Assembly: GCA_965231125.1 (NCBI GenBank)
Contig: OZ246414.1
Location: 643,924 to 707,923 of the forward strand
Reading direction: 5' to 3'
Source: an uncultured Gammaproteobacteria bacterium
GTDB lineage: Bacteria; Patescibacteriota; Microgenomatia; Woykebacterales; RBG-16-39-9b
Length of the DNA: 64,000 nucleotides
Position numbers and translations under genes: made by a program. How positions within the stretch are numbered: position 1 is the stretch's first letter; each line of letters starts with the position of its first letter. Below, in pieces: positions 1-11,965 of the stretch. Under the pieces are notes generated by a model. That model made no database searches, was not told the DNA's origin, and saw nothing but the letters and a program-made list of their open reading frames with translations.

Positions 1-438
1 CGCAGCACTCCAATCGTTTCCGCTTATAACCGCGCTTGGTATTGAAGTACAATTAGTGCGGGTGCTGCCGTCATTTCCAGGGGTGACATTGGGGTTTGGG
101 TAATCTAGTATTACTCCAGCCCGATATTCAACAGCCGGCACACCGCTTTCTCCAGGACCTAAGTACATGTATGAGGTTGGTAGGGAACGAGTGTAGGTTG
201 GTACCAAATCAGTCGAAAGACTACTGGCTAACGGATAAGTGTGATAATCGTTGTAATACAGTTGGAGGGAGTTTTTAAGCTGTTGGAGTTCTTGGCGTTT
301 TTTGCTGTCTCTAGCCTCACCAATGAGTCTTACAGGATTAACCGCAATTATCACAATTGATACTAAAATACCAATAATGGCGATTACAATTAATAGTTCT
401 ATTAAAGTAAATCCTTTAATTTTTGTAAAAATTTTCAT
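1..438 (-). CDS. Type IV pilin/pseudopilin, truncated by the window edge (absent from ORF track)
   Basis: ATG at 438 gives MKIFTKIKGFTLIELLIVIAIIGILVSIVIIAVNP, a class III signal peptide (G|FTLIE). Confidence 0.9.
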   Translation of the reverse strand, partial: MKIFTKIKGFTLIELLIVIAIIGILVSIVIIAVNPVRLIGEARDSKKRQELQQLKNSLQLYYNDYHTYPLASSLSTDLVPTYTRSLPTSYMYLGPGESGVPAVEYRAGVILDYPNPNVTPGNDGSTRTNCTSIPSAVISGNDWSAA

Positions 439-447
439 ATTTAAATA

Positions 448-897
448 CTAAGGGCACGAACCTGAACTAGCGTCGTGAACAACCACTCCGTCATTTGTAT
501 TATACAGAAAGCGGTGTCCATTTCCCGGCGCCGAACAAATTTGGAGCATAGATTTCACTGGATCCGTACTTGGTGTTATGACAACATCGGAAGGTATTTC
601 CTTGATCCACGGTCTGATTGTGTCGGATCCGGTTGCAGCGACTGGAGCCTCAAGATCTTCCTTGCTGTTGCAACTCGCCAGCGTATTCTGCTTGCCGTTT
701 TCCGAATAAGCTAAGCAAGCCTCCATTGCGTTTGCAACCAAAGAAACATTCGATTTTGCCGCCTGGTCTAGAGCAGCGTGAATCTTTTTCTGCGGGCTCA
801 AGATAGTAACTGCCACCAGGCTAACAACTGCAATAATCACAACTATCATTACAATTTCTACGGTCGTAAAACCCTTTTTTCCCAAATTTTCCAGCAT
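448..897 (-). CDS. Type IV pilin-like protein
   Basis: KKGFTTVEIVMIVVIIAVV N-methylation motif; Cys residues; ends in CP. Confidence 0.85.
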   Translation of the reverse strand: MLENLGKKGFTTVEIVMIVVIIAVVSLVAVTILSPQKKIHAALDQAAKSNVSLVANAMEACLAYSENGKQNTLASCNSKEDLEAPVAATGSDTIRPWIKEIPSDVVITPSTDPVKSMLQICSAPGNGHRFLYNTNDGVVVHDASSGSCP

Positions 898-911
898 TTA
901 AAATCCTCAAG

Positions 912-1346
912 CTAAGGACAGGTAAGTGGGGGGTTTACTGTCGGACCCTCAATAGACCCACCTGAACTCTGCCAACGCACATTACCATGCCCACTCGGGT
1001 TATCGGCGAATGCACAAATCTGATTACCCGCGCTGTTTGATAATATAGTTACACCCCCCGGTCCTGAACTTGCGGGTATATTACCGTACGATGTTAAATC
1101 CGCTCCTGGACCACTAGTATCGGCACAATGCGCCGAATCGTAGGGATTAGCCCCAACTGTCAACTCATGAATAATACAAGTGCTTATCAACGTGCCAGCC
1201 GATCTTACGTTCGATACTACTGAACTGTCATAAGAATCCTTTATTCTTCCTACGGGCCCAATTGCTACAATAACAATTGTTGTCAGAATAGCAATAATTG
1301 CAATAACAACTAGCAGCTCAATCAAAGTAAAGCCTTTTTCTTCCAT
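912..1346 (-). CDS. Type IV pilin
   Basis: KGFTLIELLVVIAIIAIL; four Cys. Confidence 0.92.
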   Translation of the reverse strand: MEEKGFTLIELLVVIAIIAILTTIVIVAIGPVGRIKDSYDSSVVSNVRSAGTLISTCIIHELTVGANPYDSAHCADTSGPGADLTSYGNIPASSGPGGVTILSNSAGNQICAFADNPSGHGNVRWQSSGGSIEGPTVNPPLTCP

Positions 1347-1377
1347 TAAAGCAGGTGTTACCCTTTAAATCATTAAC

Positions 1378-1818
1378 CTATGGACAATTTGTAAGACTAG
1401 TAGCACCGCTATCTACTTCACCATTTACACTTTGATACCTCCAGAAAGTTCCTGATGAACCCTCTTCAATCGCACATATATTCGTTGGGTCTCCAGCCGC
1501 ATTATTATCAGCGTAAGAAGCAGTAGCAGGCCAGTTACCTTGCCCTGTAGCGTTAACTTTAGCGATCGAGTCACAGTCCCCCAAAGTACCGGGGGGTGTC
1601 GTAGACAGTGCTGTTGTTATACAAGCACTAATTAACGTACCAGCTGCTCTGGTGTTTGCTGCGGCTCTTCTGTCTGCAGCATCTCTAAGCCTTTGCACTG
1701 GGTTAATAGCCACAACAACGATCACCACCAAGATAGCGATAATCGCGATAACAACCAAAAGCTCAATGAGGGTGAATCCCTTTTGGCTTTTTAGATAACC
1801 TCGTAGTTTATCTAGCAA
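1378..1818 (-). CDS. Type IV pilin, probable major pilin
   Basis: QKGFTLIELLVVIAII; strong SD (AAGGGGGTGA) upstream of TTG; first of the pilin run. Confidence 0.9.
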   Translation of the reverse strand: MLDKLRGYLKSQKGFTLIELLVVIAIIAILVVIVVVAINPVQRLRDAADRRAAANTRAAGTLISACITTALSTTPPGTLGDCDSIAKVNATGQGNWPATASYADNNAAGDPTNICAIEEGSSGTFWRYQSVNGEVDSGATSLTNCP

Positions 1819-1929
1819 AGATATTCACCCCCTTTCGAATGTCATTATTTTTCGAACGAATAGAAATTAATTTCTGCGAATGGAATGGGAGAATTTGAAG
1901 TAAAATTGATCTTTTTTTTTGGGCAAGAT

Positions 1930-2733
1930 TCATCTATTTATTCTTAAATACCAATCTAAGATTTGCTGTCCCCAAATTAAAGCAAAATAAGCCCCGATAG
2001 ACAAAAACGGTCCGAAGGGGACAGTCTGACCGAACCGTTTTTTACCTACTAATATAAGTATAGTGGCGAAAGCTGCGCCTGTCAAGAAGGCCAAAAACAA
2101 GGCGGTGATAACTTTTGCTGTTCCCAAAGCAAAACCTAAAAAGGCAGCGTATTTTACATCGCCTCCACCTATTCCTTTACCTTTAGAGATTACAATTAGA
2201 AGATAAAAGAAGGCTCCGGCCCCAAAGCCCGCTCCAATATCGTAGACAAGTTGGGGGATTGGATACGGGATATGGGAAATGGGAAATGAAAAAAAGACTA
2301 ATTTCAAAGCCAGGGCGATAACCAAGGCAGGAAGGATAACTTTATCGGGAATTAGACCATCTCTAAAGTCCGTTATAAAGATTACGATTAACACCGATAG
2401 GACGAACAAGAAATACCAAAATTCGGGGCCGAAGGTTGGGCCATGGAACGCAAAAAAAGTTATTACAAAGAGGGCACCAGTGGAAAATTCGACGGCCGGA
2501 TATTGCCAGGAAATTTTCTTTCCACAATAACGGCATTTTCCGGCGAGTGCCAAGTAGCTGACAATCGGTACCAAATCTAGAGTAGTTAGTTCGTGTTTAC
2601 AGTGGGGGCACCGCGAACGATCAAACAGGATTTTCCCACCATGAATAGACCGATATGAGACTACATTGAGGAAGGACCCTACAGAAGCGCCGAAAATAAA
2701 AATAACGATTAGAATAAAAGTATCTGGTATCAT
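1930..2733 (-). CDS. pilD: Prepilin peptidase (A24)
   Basis: GSFLNVV, RSRCPHC, GKCRYC, GGGDVK and PFGPFL motifs. Confidence 0.95.
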   Translation of the reverse strand: MIPDTFILIVIFIFGASVGSFLNVVSYRSIHGGKILFDRSRCPHCKHELTTLDLVPIVSYLALAGKCRYCGKKISWQYPAVEFSTGALFVITFFAFHGPTFGPEFWYFLFVLSVLIVIFITDFRDGLIPDKVILPALVIALALKLVFFSFPISHIPYPIPQLVYDIGAGFGAGAFFYLLIVISKGKGIGGGDVKYAAFLGFALGTAKVITALFLAFLTGAAFATILILVGKKRFGQTVPFGPFLSIGAYFALIWGQQILDWYLRINR

Positions 2734-2761
2734 GATGCTAAATACATACTACAAGATCCAA

Positions 2762-3316
2762 TCATGGTAGCAGTGTCAAATCAGTTCCTAGTTCATAACG
2801 GGCTGAATCCGTACCGCCATCGCCTTGCTCTATAGAGCTGTTTTTAGAACTCTCTAAGGAAGCAGTGAGTTTAAAAGTGCCGTTTTTCCCCGGAGTAAAA
2901 GTGTAAACATAGGGGTCTTTATTGATGGGGTCCAGAGGTAATATCTTAATGGGGGTTTGGCCGATCTTAGCGTTTAGGGAAAAATCTACCGTCACCCAAC
3001 CGGTTATGTTAACTGCGGTAGAGTCAGAAACTTTTTCCTGAAAAGCGCTTTTGATATTTAGTGCTCCTGTCGTAAAAATGGTTTCGCCAACCTGGCAGTT
3101 GTCACACAAGGGAGCAGGATGATTCTTATTATTTTGAAGATAGTCTCGTATTGCCTGAGAGAGTTTTTTTAGATTTTCGATTCTCTTTTTATCTCGCTCT
3201 TGTCTCCCTTTTTCGTAAGGATTATATCTGTAAAGGAAAAATCCGACTAGTGCAACACCGACAAAAAGGGCAATTGCCGCAGTCTTTAAAGAAATACTTC
3301 GAGTTAGTAGATTCAT
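2762..3316 (-). CDS. Pilin/GspG-like single-TM protein
   Basis: N-terminal TM, NP..RD.KR pilin-like helix, LPLDPIN and FKLTASLES; no canonical GFTLIE motif. Confidence 0.6.
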   Translation of the reverse strand: MNLLTRSISLKTAAIALFVGVALVGFFLYRYNPYEKGRQERDKKRIENLKKLSQAIRDYLQNNKNHPAPLCDNCQVGETIFTTGALNIKSAFQEKVSDSTAVNITGWVTVDFSLNAKIGQTPIKILPLDPINKDPYVYTFTPGKNGTFKLTASLESSKNSSIEQGDGGTDSARYELGTDLTLLP

Positions 3317-3333
3317 ATCTCATAACTGATTCG

Positions 3334-4533
3334 TTAAAACGCGCTGGTTATATTGTATATCGGCAAGATGATTGAAATAACAAGTGCGGCAACCATAATC
3401 CCCAAAACTATCATTATCATTGGCTCAAGGGCGGTAGTGAGGTTTTTAACTTGGTTTTCCACCTCAAGTTCGTAATAATGGGAAACTTTATTCAAAACAT
3501 CATCCATTTTTCCGGTTTCCTCACCTACAGAGACCATCTGCGGAATAATTGGGGGGAAAGTATCATCAACAGAAAGAGCCTTCGACAGCGTCGTGCCTTT
3601 CTCCACTAACGTGGACGCTCTACTCACCGCTTGACGATGAAGGGCGTTGCTGGCGACATTTGCAGAAATCTTCAGGGCTTCTAATATTGGCACACCGGCA
3701 CCAACCAACGCACCTAAAGTGCGGGTAAGCTCTGTTAAAGAGGTGTCGCGATTTAGTTTACCCATTATTGGGATTTTTAGACTGATACGATCAATGAAAA
3801 GAGCTCCTTGCGGAGTTTTGCGATATCGGCGTAAAAGCCAAAAAGCAGCCACCATAATTAGAATCACCAACCACCAAAAATGGGTTGCGAAATCGCTTAC
3901 ACCTATTAAGATTCGAGTTGGAAGCGGCAGAGTAATTTTTAAATCAGTATAAAGTTGAGTAAGTTTCGGAACTACAAATATTAAAATTATTGAAGAGACA
4001 AGAAGCATTGCAAAAAGGATAATCACCGGGTATATAAACGCACCTTTAACTTTACCTTGAAAGTCGCGATCTTTTTCCAAAGTGTTCGCAAGATTAGTCA
4101 ACACTTGATCAAGTGTACCGGAACTTTCACCGGCTCTAACAACATTTATGTACGCTTGCGAAAACAAATCATCGTGTTTACTCAGCGACTCCGCAAAAGT
4201 ACTTCCGCCTTGAATATCTTCGGCAATGCTCCTAATAACTTCACCTAACTTTGGCTTTTCGGTTTGTTTTTGAAGAATTTGCAGAGAATCCGTAAGAGGA
4301 AGCCCAGAGTTAATCATCGTGGCCAGTTGCCTAGTGAAATTAGTAAGATCCCCTAAATTGACCCCACCAAAAAAAGTGGGCAAGCCGCCACCTTGTTTAT
4401 GGGCGGTAAGAGTTACTACTACAAAACCGCGCTCATGCAGAATCGAGGCAGCCGCTTTTGCGGTTCCCGCTTCAATCAAACCCTCTTTATTTACCCCCTT
4501 TTGGTCTCTAACAACATATTTAAATTGCAGCAT
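3334..4533 (-). CDS. pilC: Type IV pilus platform protein (GspF family)
   Basis: FTRQLATMINSGLPL, GESSGTLD, GEETGKMD, LEPMIM. Confidence 0.95.
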   Translation of the reverse strand: MLQFKYVVRDQKGVNKEGLIEAGTAKAAASILHERGFVVVTLTAHKQGGGLPTFFGGVNLGDLTNFTRQLATMINSGLPLTDSLQILQKQTEKPKLGEVIRSIAEDIQGGSTFAESLSKHDDLFSQAYINVVRAGESSGTLDQVLTNLANTLEKDRDFQGKVKGAFIYPVIILFAMLLVSSIILIFVVPKLTQLYTDLKITLPLPTRILIGVSDFATHFWWLVILIMVAAFWLLRRYRKTPQGALFIDRISLKIPIMGKLNRDTSLTELTRTLGALVGAGVPILEALKISANVASNALHRQAVSRASTLVEKGTTLSKALSVDDTFPPIIPQMVSVGEETGKMDDVLNKVSHYYELEVENQVKNLTTALEPMIMIVLGIMVAALVISIILPIYNITSAF

Positions 4534-4556
4534 AGGTTTTATCTATATTCGAACCT

Positions 4557-5621
4557 TTACTTAACTGTCTTTTTTACTTCCCTCATCAGTTCTTCAGACT
4601 TAAGGCTGTAGGACAAAGCAGTTTCAAGAGAAATTTTTCCTGAGCGTACTAAATCTGCCAGCGAAGTTTCTAAAGTGATCATTCCTAATTGAGTAGAGGT
4701 TTGAATGATATTATCAATGAGGTGGGTTTTGCCTTCCCGAATCACGTTTCGGACGGCGGAAGAGGCTAAAAGAATCTCTAGAGAAGGGTAGCGACCACCA
4801 CCAATCGCCGGAATCAATCTTTCTGAAACCACCGCCTCGAGAACGTTTGAAAGTTGGAGCCTAATCTGGTCTTGCTGGTTTTCCGGAAAAACGCCAACAA
4901 TACGATCAATCGTTTGCGCTGCTGAATTCGTGTGTAACGTTGCAAAAACTAAGTGTCCAGTTTCCGCAATTGTCAAAGCTGCCTCAATGGTTTCGTAATC
5001 TCGCATTTCCCCAATCAAAACTACATCTGGGTCCTCTCTTAACACACTACGCAAAGCTATTTCCCACGAATGCGTATCCAAATGCATTTCGCGCTGGGCA
5101 ATTAAAGCCTTTTTGGACGGATAGACATACTCGATCGGATCTTCCACCGTGACGATATGAACGGAACGGTTTTCATTTACTTCATTTAATATCGAAGATA
5201 TAGTTGTTGATTTACCGTGACCGGTTGGACCGGTTATCAATATAAATCCTTGACGAAGTTCCGCAAACCGTCTCATAACTTTAGGTAAGTGCAGTTCTTC
5301 AAATGTGGGTATTCGGTTTGGAATGAGTCGGAGAGCGGCCGACAGATATCCTTTTTGATAAAAAGCATTCACCCGGAAGCGGGCGACTTGTCCAAGAGCG
5401 AAGGAAAAATCAATCTCTTTATTAGTAGTTAAAAGTTCTTTTTGCTCTGGCGTACAAAGCGACAGAACCAACCGCTCTATATTTTCCGGGGTAGGGGATT
5501 CAAATTTTGTTATCGGCACTAGCTTTCCATCGATACGAAGGGTTGGGTAAACACCCACCATCAAATGGACATCAGATGCTCCTCGACGGAGTGCATCTTC
5601 TAAAATTTCCTGGATTCCCAT
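4557..5621 (-). CDS. pilT: Pilus retraction ATPase
   Basis: GPTGHGKSTT, EDPIE, LREDPDVVLIGEMRD, AETGHLVFATLHT. Confidence 0.95.
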   Translation of the reverse strand: MGIQEILEDALRRGASDVHLMVGVYPTLRIDGKLVPITKFESPTPENIERLVLSLCTPEQKELLTTNKEIDFSFALGQVARFRVNAFYQKGYLSAALRLIPNRIPTFEELHLPKVMRRFAELRQGFILITGPTGHGKSTTISSILNEVNENRSVHIVTVEDPIEYVYPSKKALIAQREMHLDTHSWEIALRSVLREDPDVVLIGEMRDYETIEAALTIAETGHLVFATLHTNSAAQTIDRIVGVFPENQQDQIRLQLSNVLEAVVSERLIPAIGGGRYPSLEILLASSAVRNVIREGKTHLIDNIIQTSTQLGMITLETSLADLVRSGKISLETALSYSLKSEELMREVKKTVK

Positions 5622-5685
5622 TAAACCTCCTTTGGTCTGTAAAGTTCAAAGCTCAAATATCAAATTAATTTTTGACATTTGTCAA

Positions 5686-7461
5686 TTATTCTATCGCCAC
5701 TCTCATTACTTCTTCCACAGTAGTTATTCCTTCCAAAACTTTCATATAACCATCCTGGATAATCGTAACCATTCCCTCTTCAATTGCGACCTTTTCAATA
5801 TTGTTTGAAGGAGACCTTTCTAAAATAAGTTTGCCAATCTTATCAGTCACCGACAAAACTTCAAAAATACCAATTCTTCCGCGGTAACCTGAACCTCCAC
5901 ATTTATCGCAACCGGCCCCTTTAAAAACTTTAAATTTTTTATCTATCTCCACCTCATGAACGTCTTTTTGCTCCTCTTGAGAGAGTTTTTTTACAAAATC
6001 TTTATGGCCAATTAAATTTCCGAGCACCTGCTTAAAATCAGCGATCACCTGATCAGCTGGTACGTATTCTTTTTTGCAATTATCGCAAATGCGACGAACG
6101 ACCCGCTGGGCGATAACAGCTGTTATTGAAGATGCAAGCAAAAAAGTCTCCATACCCATATCCAAAAGCCGAGGCAAAGCTCCGGCAGCGCTGCTGGTGT
6201 GAAGTGTTGAAAACACCAAATGGCCAGTAAGGGAAGCTTGAATAGCCAAGGCAGCTGTTTCTGAATCCCGAACCTCACCTACCATTACAATATTAGGGTC
6301 TTGACGTAAAAAACTGCGTAGCCCAGATGCAAAGGTAAGACCAGCGGTTGGATTGATTTGAACTTGGTTTACACCCGGAATTTGGTATTCTACCGGGTCC
6401 TCCAACGTAACAATATTTACCCTGGGCGAGTTTATTTTAGAAAGAGCTGCAAAAAGGGTAGTTGTTTTTCCGGAGCCCGTGGGCCCAGTTATTAAAATAA
6501 TACCGTTTGGTCTAGTTATAGCCTGTTCAAAAATGCGTAGCCCCGTTCCGCGTAAACCTAGCTCTTGCAAAGTCGGGGCAGAACCGGCTTTGGGCAGAAG
6601 CCGCATTACTATCTTTTCACCGTGAACCGTTGGTAGCGTAGAAATACGGAGATCTACTATTTTATCACCAAGTTTAAAGGTAAACCTCCCATCTTGGGGG
6701 ATTCTTTTTTCATCAATCTTCAAATTAGAAAGAATTTTAATTCTAGACACCAGTGCCTCATGAACCTTTTTTGGCAGGAAAAGCCTCTCTTGTAAGATTC
6801 CATCTATCCGATAACGGACCCGAGTTTTTTCTTCCAAAGGCTCGACATGAATATCACTGGCCCCACCTTTCATGGCGTATTCCACTAAAGTCGAGGCAAT
6901 TTTTGCGACTGGCGCCTCTTTAATTATCTCTTCAACTTTTCCCAAATCCTTAATTTCTTCTTTGGCCTCAACCGTACCTTCTTCCTCTTGTAAAGCAGCT
7001 GTAACTTCGGTGGTAAGACTCTGACCGTATTTATCCTGGATGGCTTGGATAATTAAAGAAGGGGTAGAAATAAAAGGTTTTATTCTCTTAACAGATTTTC
7101 TTTCAATAAACTCAACAACTTGTAAATCCAACGGATCCGACATTGCCACCGATAAAGTTCCGCTCTCCTTATCAAGCTCAAATGGGATTAGGGTGTAACG
7201 TCTCGCCACTGGCTCGGGAATAAGCTGCAACACATCAGCAGCAATAGGTTTGGTTGTAGGATTAATAAAAGAAATTCCAAGAAGCTCTCCTCTTGCAGCC
7301 GTAAGATCTTCAAGAGAGGCAAAGTTGTGCTCCATTAGAAGCTCTTCGACGGTCTTACCCGTATTTATGGATTCAAGTTTAACTAATGAAACTTTATCTT
7401 CGGTAAGCTTACCTTGTTCAAAAAGAATGTCGGCGACGCCTTTATCTGTTGTAGTTGCCAT
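5686..7461 (-). CDS. pilB: Pilus assembly ATPase (GspE/PulE)
   Basis: ASDIHVEP, PQDGR, GPTGSGKTTT, LRQDPNIVMVGEVRD, Cys4 Zn motif. Confidence 0.95.
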   Translation of the reverse strand: MATTTDKGVADILFEQGKLTEDKVSLVKLESINTGKTVEELLMEHNFASLEDLTAARGELLGISFINPTTKPIAADVLQLIPEPVARRYTLIPFELDKESGTLSVAMSDPLDLQVVEFIERKSVKRIKPFISTPSLIIQAIQDKYGQSLTTEVTAALQEEEGTVEAKEEIKDLGKVEEIIKEAPVAKIASTLVEYAMKGGASDIHVEPLEEKTRVRYRIDGILQERLFLPKKVHEALVSRIKILSNLKIDEKRIPQDGRFTFKLGDKIVDLRISTLPTVHGEKIVMRLLPKAGSAPTLQELGLRGTGLRIFEQAITRPNGIILITGPTGSGKTTTLFAALSKINSPRVNIVTLEDPVEYQIPGVNQVQINPTAGLTFASGLRSFLRQDPNIVMVGEVRDSETAALAIQASLTGHLVFSTLHTSSAAGALPRLLDMGMETFLLASSITAVIAQRVVRRICDNCKKEYVPADQVIADFKQVLGNLIGHKDFVKKLSQEEQKDVHEVEIDKKFKVFKGAGCDKCGGSGYRGRIGIFEVLSVTDKIGKLILERSPSNNIEKVAIEEGMVTIIQDGYMKVLEGITTVEEVMRVAIE

Positions 7462-7528
7462 CTGAGCAGGTCCGCCTACTGGCGGTGGAACTTGCTAATA
7501 GTTCTATTTTAAGGGGAAATCTGCAATA

Positions 7529-10239
<2,711 letters not shown>

Positions 10240-10380
10240 GCATGTTTTACTATCCCGCAAAGACAGCAATTTGGATTTTTGATCATATCACCCTCGACAT
10301 ATAACCCATAGCCTTGACATACAACACAAAGTAATGTATAATGTTTAAAGCAATTTTTACCTAGAGGAGGTCGAGAAGAG

Positions 10381-10578
10381 ATGGTACAAAACACACCTGA
10401 TCGTAGTCGCGATGCTGATCGGGAAATGGCGGTTGACATACTTAAGGCACTCGAAAAGCGTATCGGTCGTAAAGGAGTACTTCAAGCAATCAATGATGCT
10501 ATCGAAATTCAAGAGCTTATGGAAATAGCCGAAGAAGTTAATCGCGAGCTTGATGCGGAGAAGAAGAACTCATCTTAA
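10381..10578 (+). CDS. Small hypothetical helical protein
   Basis: TTGACA-17-TATAAT promoter (10314-10342), SD GAGGAGG, structured terminator downstream. Confidence 0.75.
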   Translation: MVQNTPDRSRDADREMAVDILKALEKRIGRKGVLQAINDAIEIQELMEIAEEVNRELDAEKKNSS

Positions 10579-10668
10579 TAGACCACGTGCAGCGACAGGG
10601 AATCCGCAAGGATTTGGTTTGCGCAAGCAACACCTGTCGCTTCTCTTTCAAATAATTCAGCAAAAGGT

Positions 10669-10737
10669 TTGACAAAGACCCATAATTGTGTTACCCTACA
10701 AAACTGTCTTGACAATATTTTTATATTGCCATAGATT
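10669..10737 (+). promoter_or_regulatory. Tandem sigma70-type promoters upstream of the putative large ncRNA
   Basis: TTGACA(10669)-17-TACCCT and TTGACA(10709)-17-TAGATT. Confidence 0.6.
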
Positions 10738-10742
10738 ATTTT

Positions 10743-11166
10743 TGAACATCGGAAGTTGAAAGAAGTTCCCTGGGAGCAGATTGGTAGCAAAACCTTTGTT
10801 ATCAGCCTGCTCCCGCGGAGCGCCAGTGGTGACGAGCGAATGGACCGGTAGGGAAGTTGGCAACCGAAGTACCTACCATTGCTCTGAGGTCCGCCAGACT
10901 AAAGGTGAGAAGGGCTTCAAGCCAACTTGCCAGCTCACCACCCTGTGATCAACTGCCTAATTTGAAGCCCAGTGGTTTCGGGTTAGGGTGCCAACAGTTA
11001 CAACGGGGTCCATGTGGTAAACAGCGAGCGGTCACTGGTATTTTGCTGCCGAGAAGACACGATCGAGGGCCGGTTGGATTTTCCACCCCGTCATCCGTCG
11101 CACCTCTCGGCAGCCAGAATTCCCCCGGCAGGTTTAGCTTGAACAAAGCACTGCCGGTTTCTTTTT
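10743..11166 (+). ncRNA. Putative large structured RNA (~420 nt), family unknown
   Basis: Many complementary segments including two loop-loop pairings; G-U pairs favour the + strand; promoter upstream; intrinsic terminator 11125-11166. Confidence 0.7.
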
Positions 11167-11205
11167 TCCTTGTTAATCACCCCAAAAATTGTTAACCTAT
11201 CGTCT

Positions 11206-11901
11206 ATGGCAAGAAACGGATTGAAAGCCGTCCTTTTTGATATCTCCGGCACTCTTATTGATGATTTTGATTTAGTCGTGCAAACCGACGACATTTTTCT
11301 TCGCCGAAGAGGCAAAAGCATGAGTCGGCAGTTTTACATCGACAATTACACTCTAGACTGGAAAAAGTTTTGGGAGGACCTGGGGTTTCCACCAAGCAAA
11401 GAGCTTGTCGATGAATGGGTTGAAATTAACAAATCTCTTATAAGCGAAGGGAAATACGATCTTCACCCGGCAGTTATTAAACTTTTGGCAAAAGCCAAGA
11501 AAAGTTATAAAACGGCGGCCGTTACATCGATGTCGCGGGCAACTCTACTTGCTCATCTGAAAAGAGGGGACATACCACCTCATTTCTTCGATTTTTTATC
11601 GACTGGGGAATTAGATGTACCTCTTAAACCAGCACCAGACCAAATTCTGCTTACACTTGAAAATTTGAAAGTCCGCCCGCAAGAAGCAGTGATGATCGGC
11701 GATACTGATGAAGATGTCGTGGCCGGTAAGAGAGCCGGAACCAAAACAATCAAAGTATCTTGGGGTTACCCGGTGACGTCCTACGGACGACGTTTTCTCG
11801 CCTCGAAGGTCCGAGGCTCGAAAATAAAACAAGAAGTCTTTGCCGAACCCGACCATGTTGTTTCCAGTTTCGAGGAGTTAAAAAACTGGCTCCAAATATA
11901 G
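11206..11901 (+). CDS. HAD-superfamily hydrolase (Gph-like)
   Basis: AVLFDISGTL motif I variant, KPAPD, MIGDTDEDVVAG; ATG at 11206 preferred over 11170. Confidence 0.9.
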   Translation: MARNGLKAVLFDISGTLIDDFDLVVQTDDIFLRRRGKSMSRQFYIDNYTLDWKKFWEDLGFPPSKELVDEWVEINKSLISEGKYDLHPAVIKLLAKAKKSYKTAAVTSMSRATLLAHLKRGDIPPHFFDFLSTGELDVPLKPAPDQILLTLENLKVRPQEAVMIGDTDEDVVAGKRAGTKTIKVSWGYPVTSYGRRFLASKVRGSKIKQEVFAEPDHVVSSFEELKNWLQI

Positions 11902-11965
11902 TTTCTGTAAAACAACCGCTAAAGCTTGCCTGCAAGTCTAAATTCAATTATAATAACAAAGTTCT

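Noticed and set aside
10888-10904. CCAGACTAAA as the group I intron R element
   Set aside because: No S element (ATAGTC) downstream and no interrupted host gene
10575-11321. ORF-track calls 10575-10790, 10857-11195, 10949-11146 and 11091-11321
   Set aside because: No SD or protein-like motifs; better explained as chance frames over a GC-rich structured RNA
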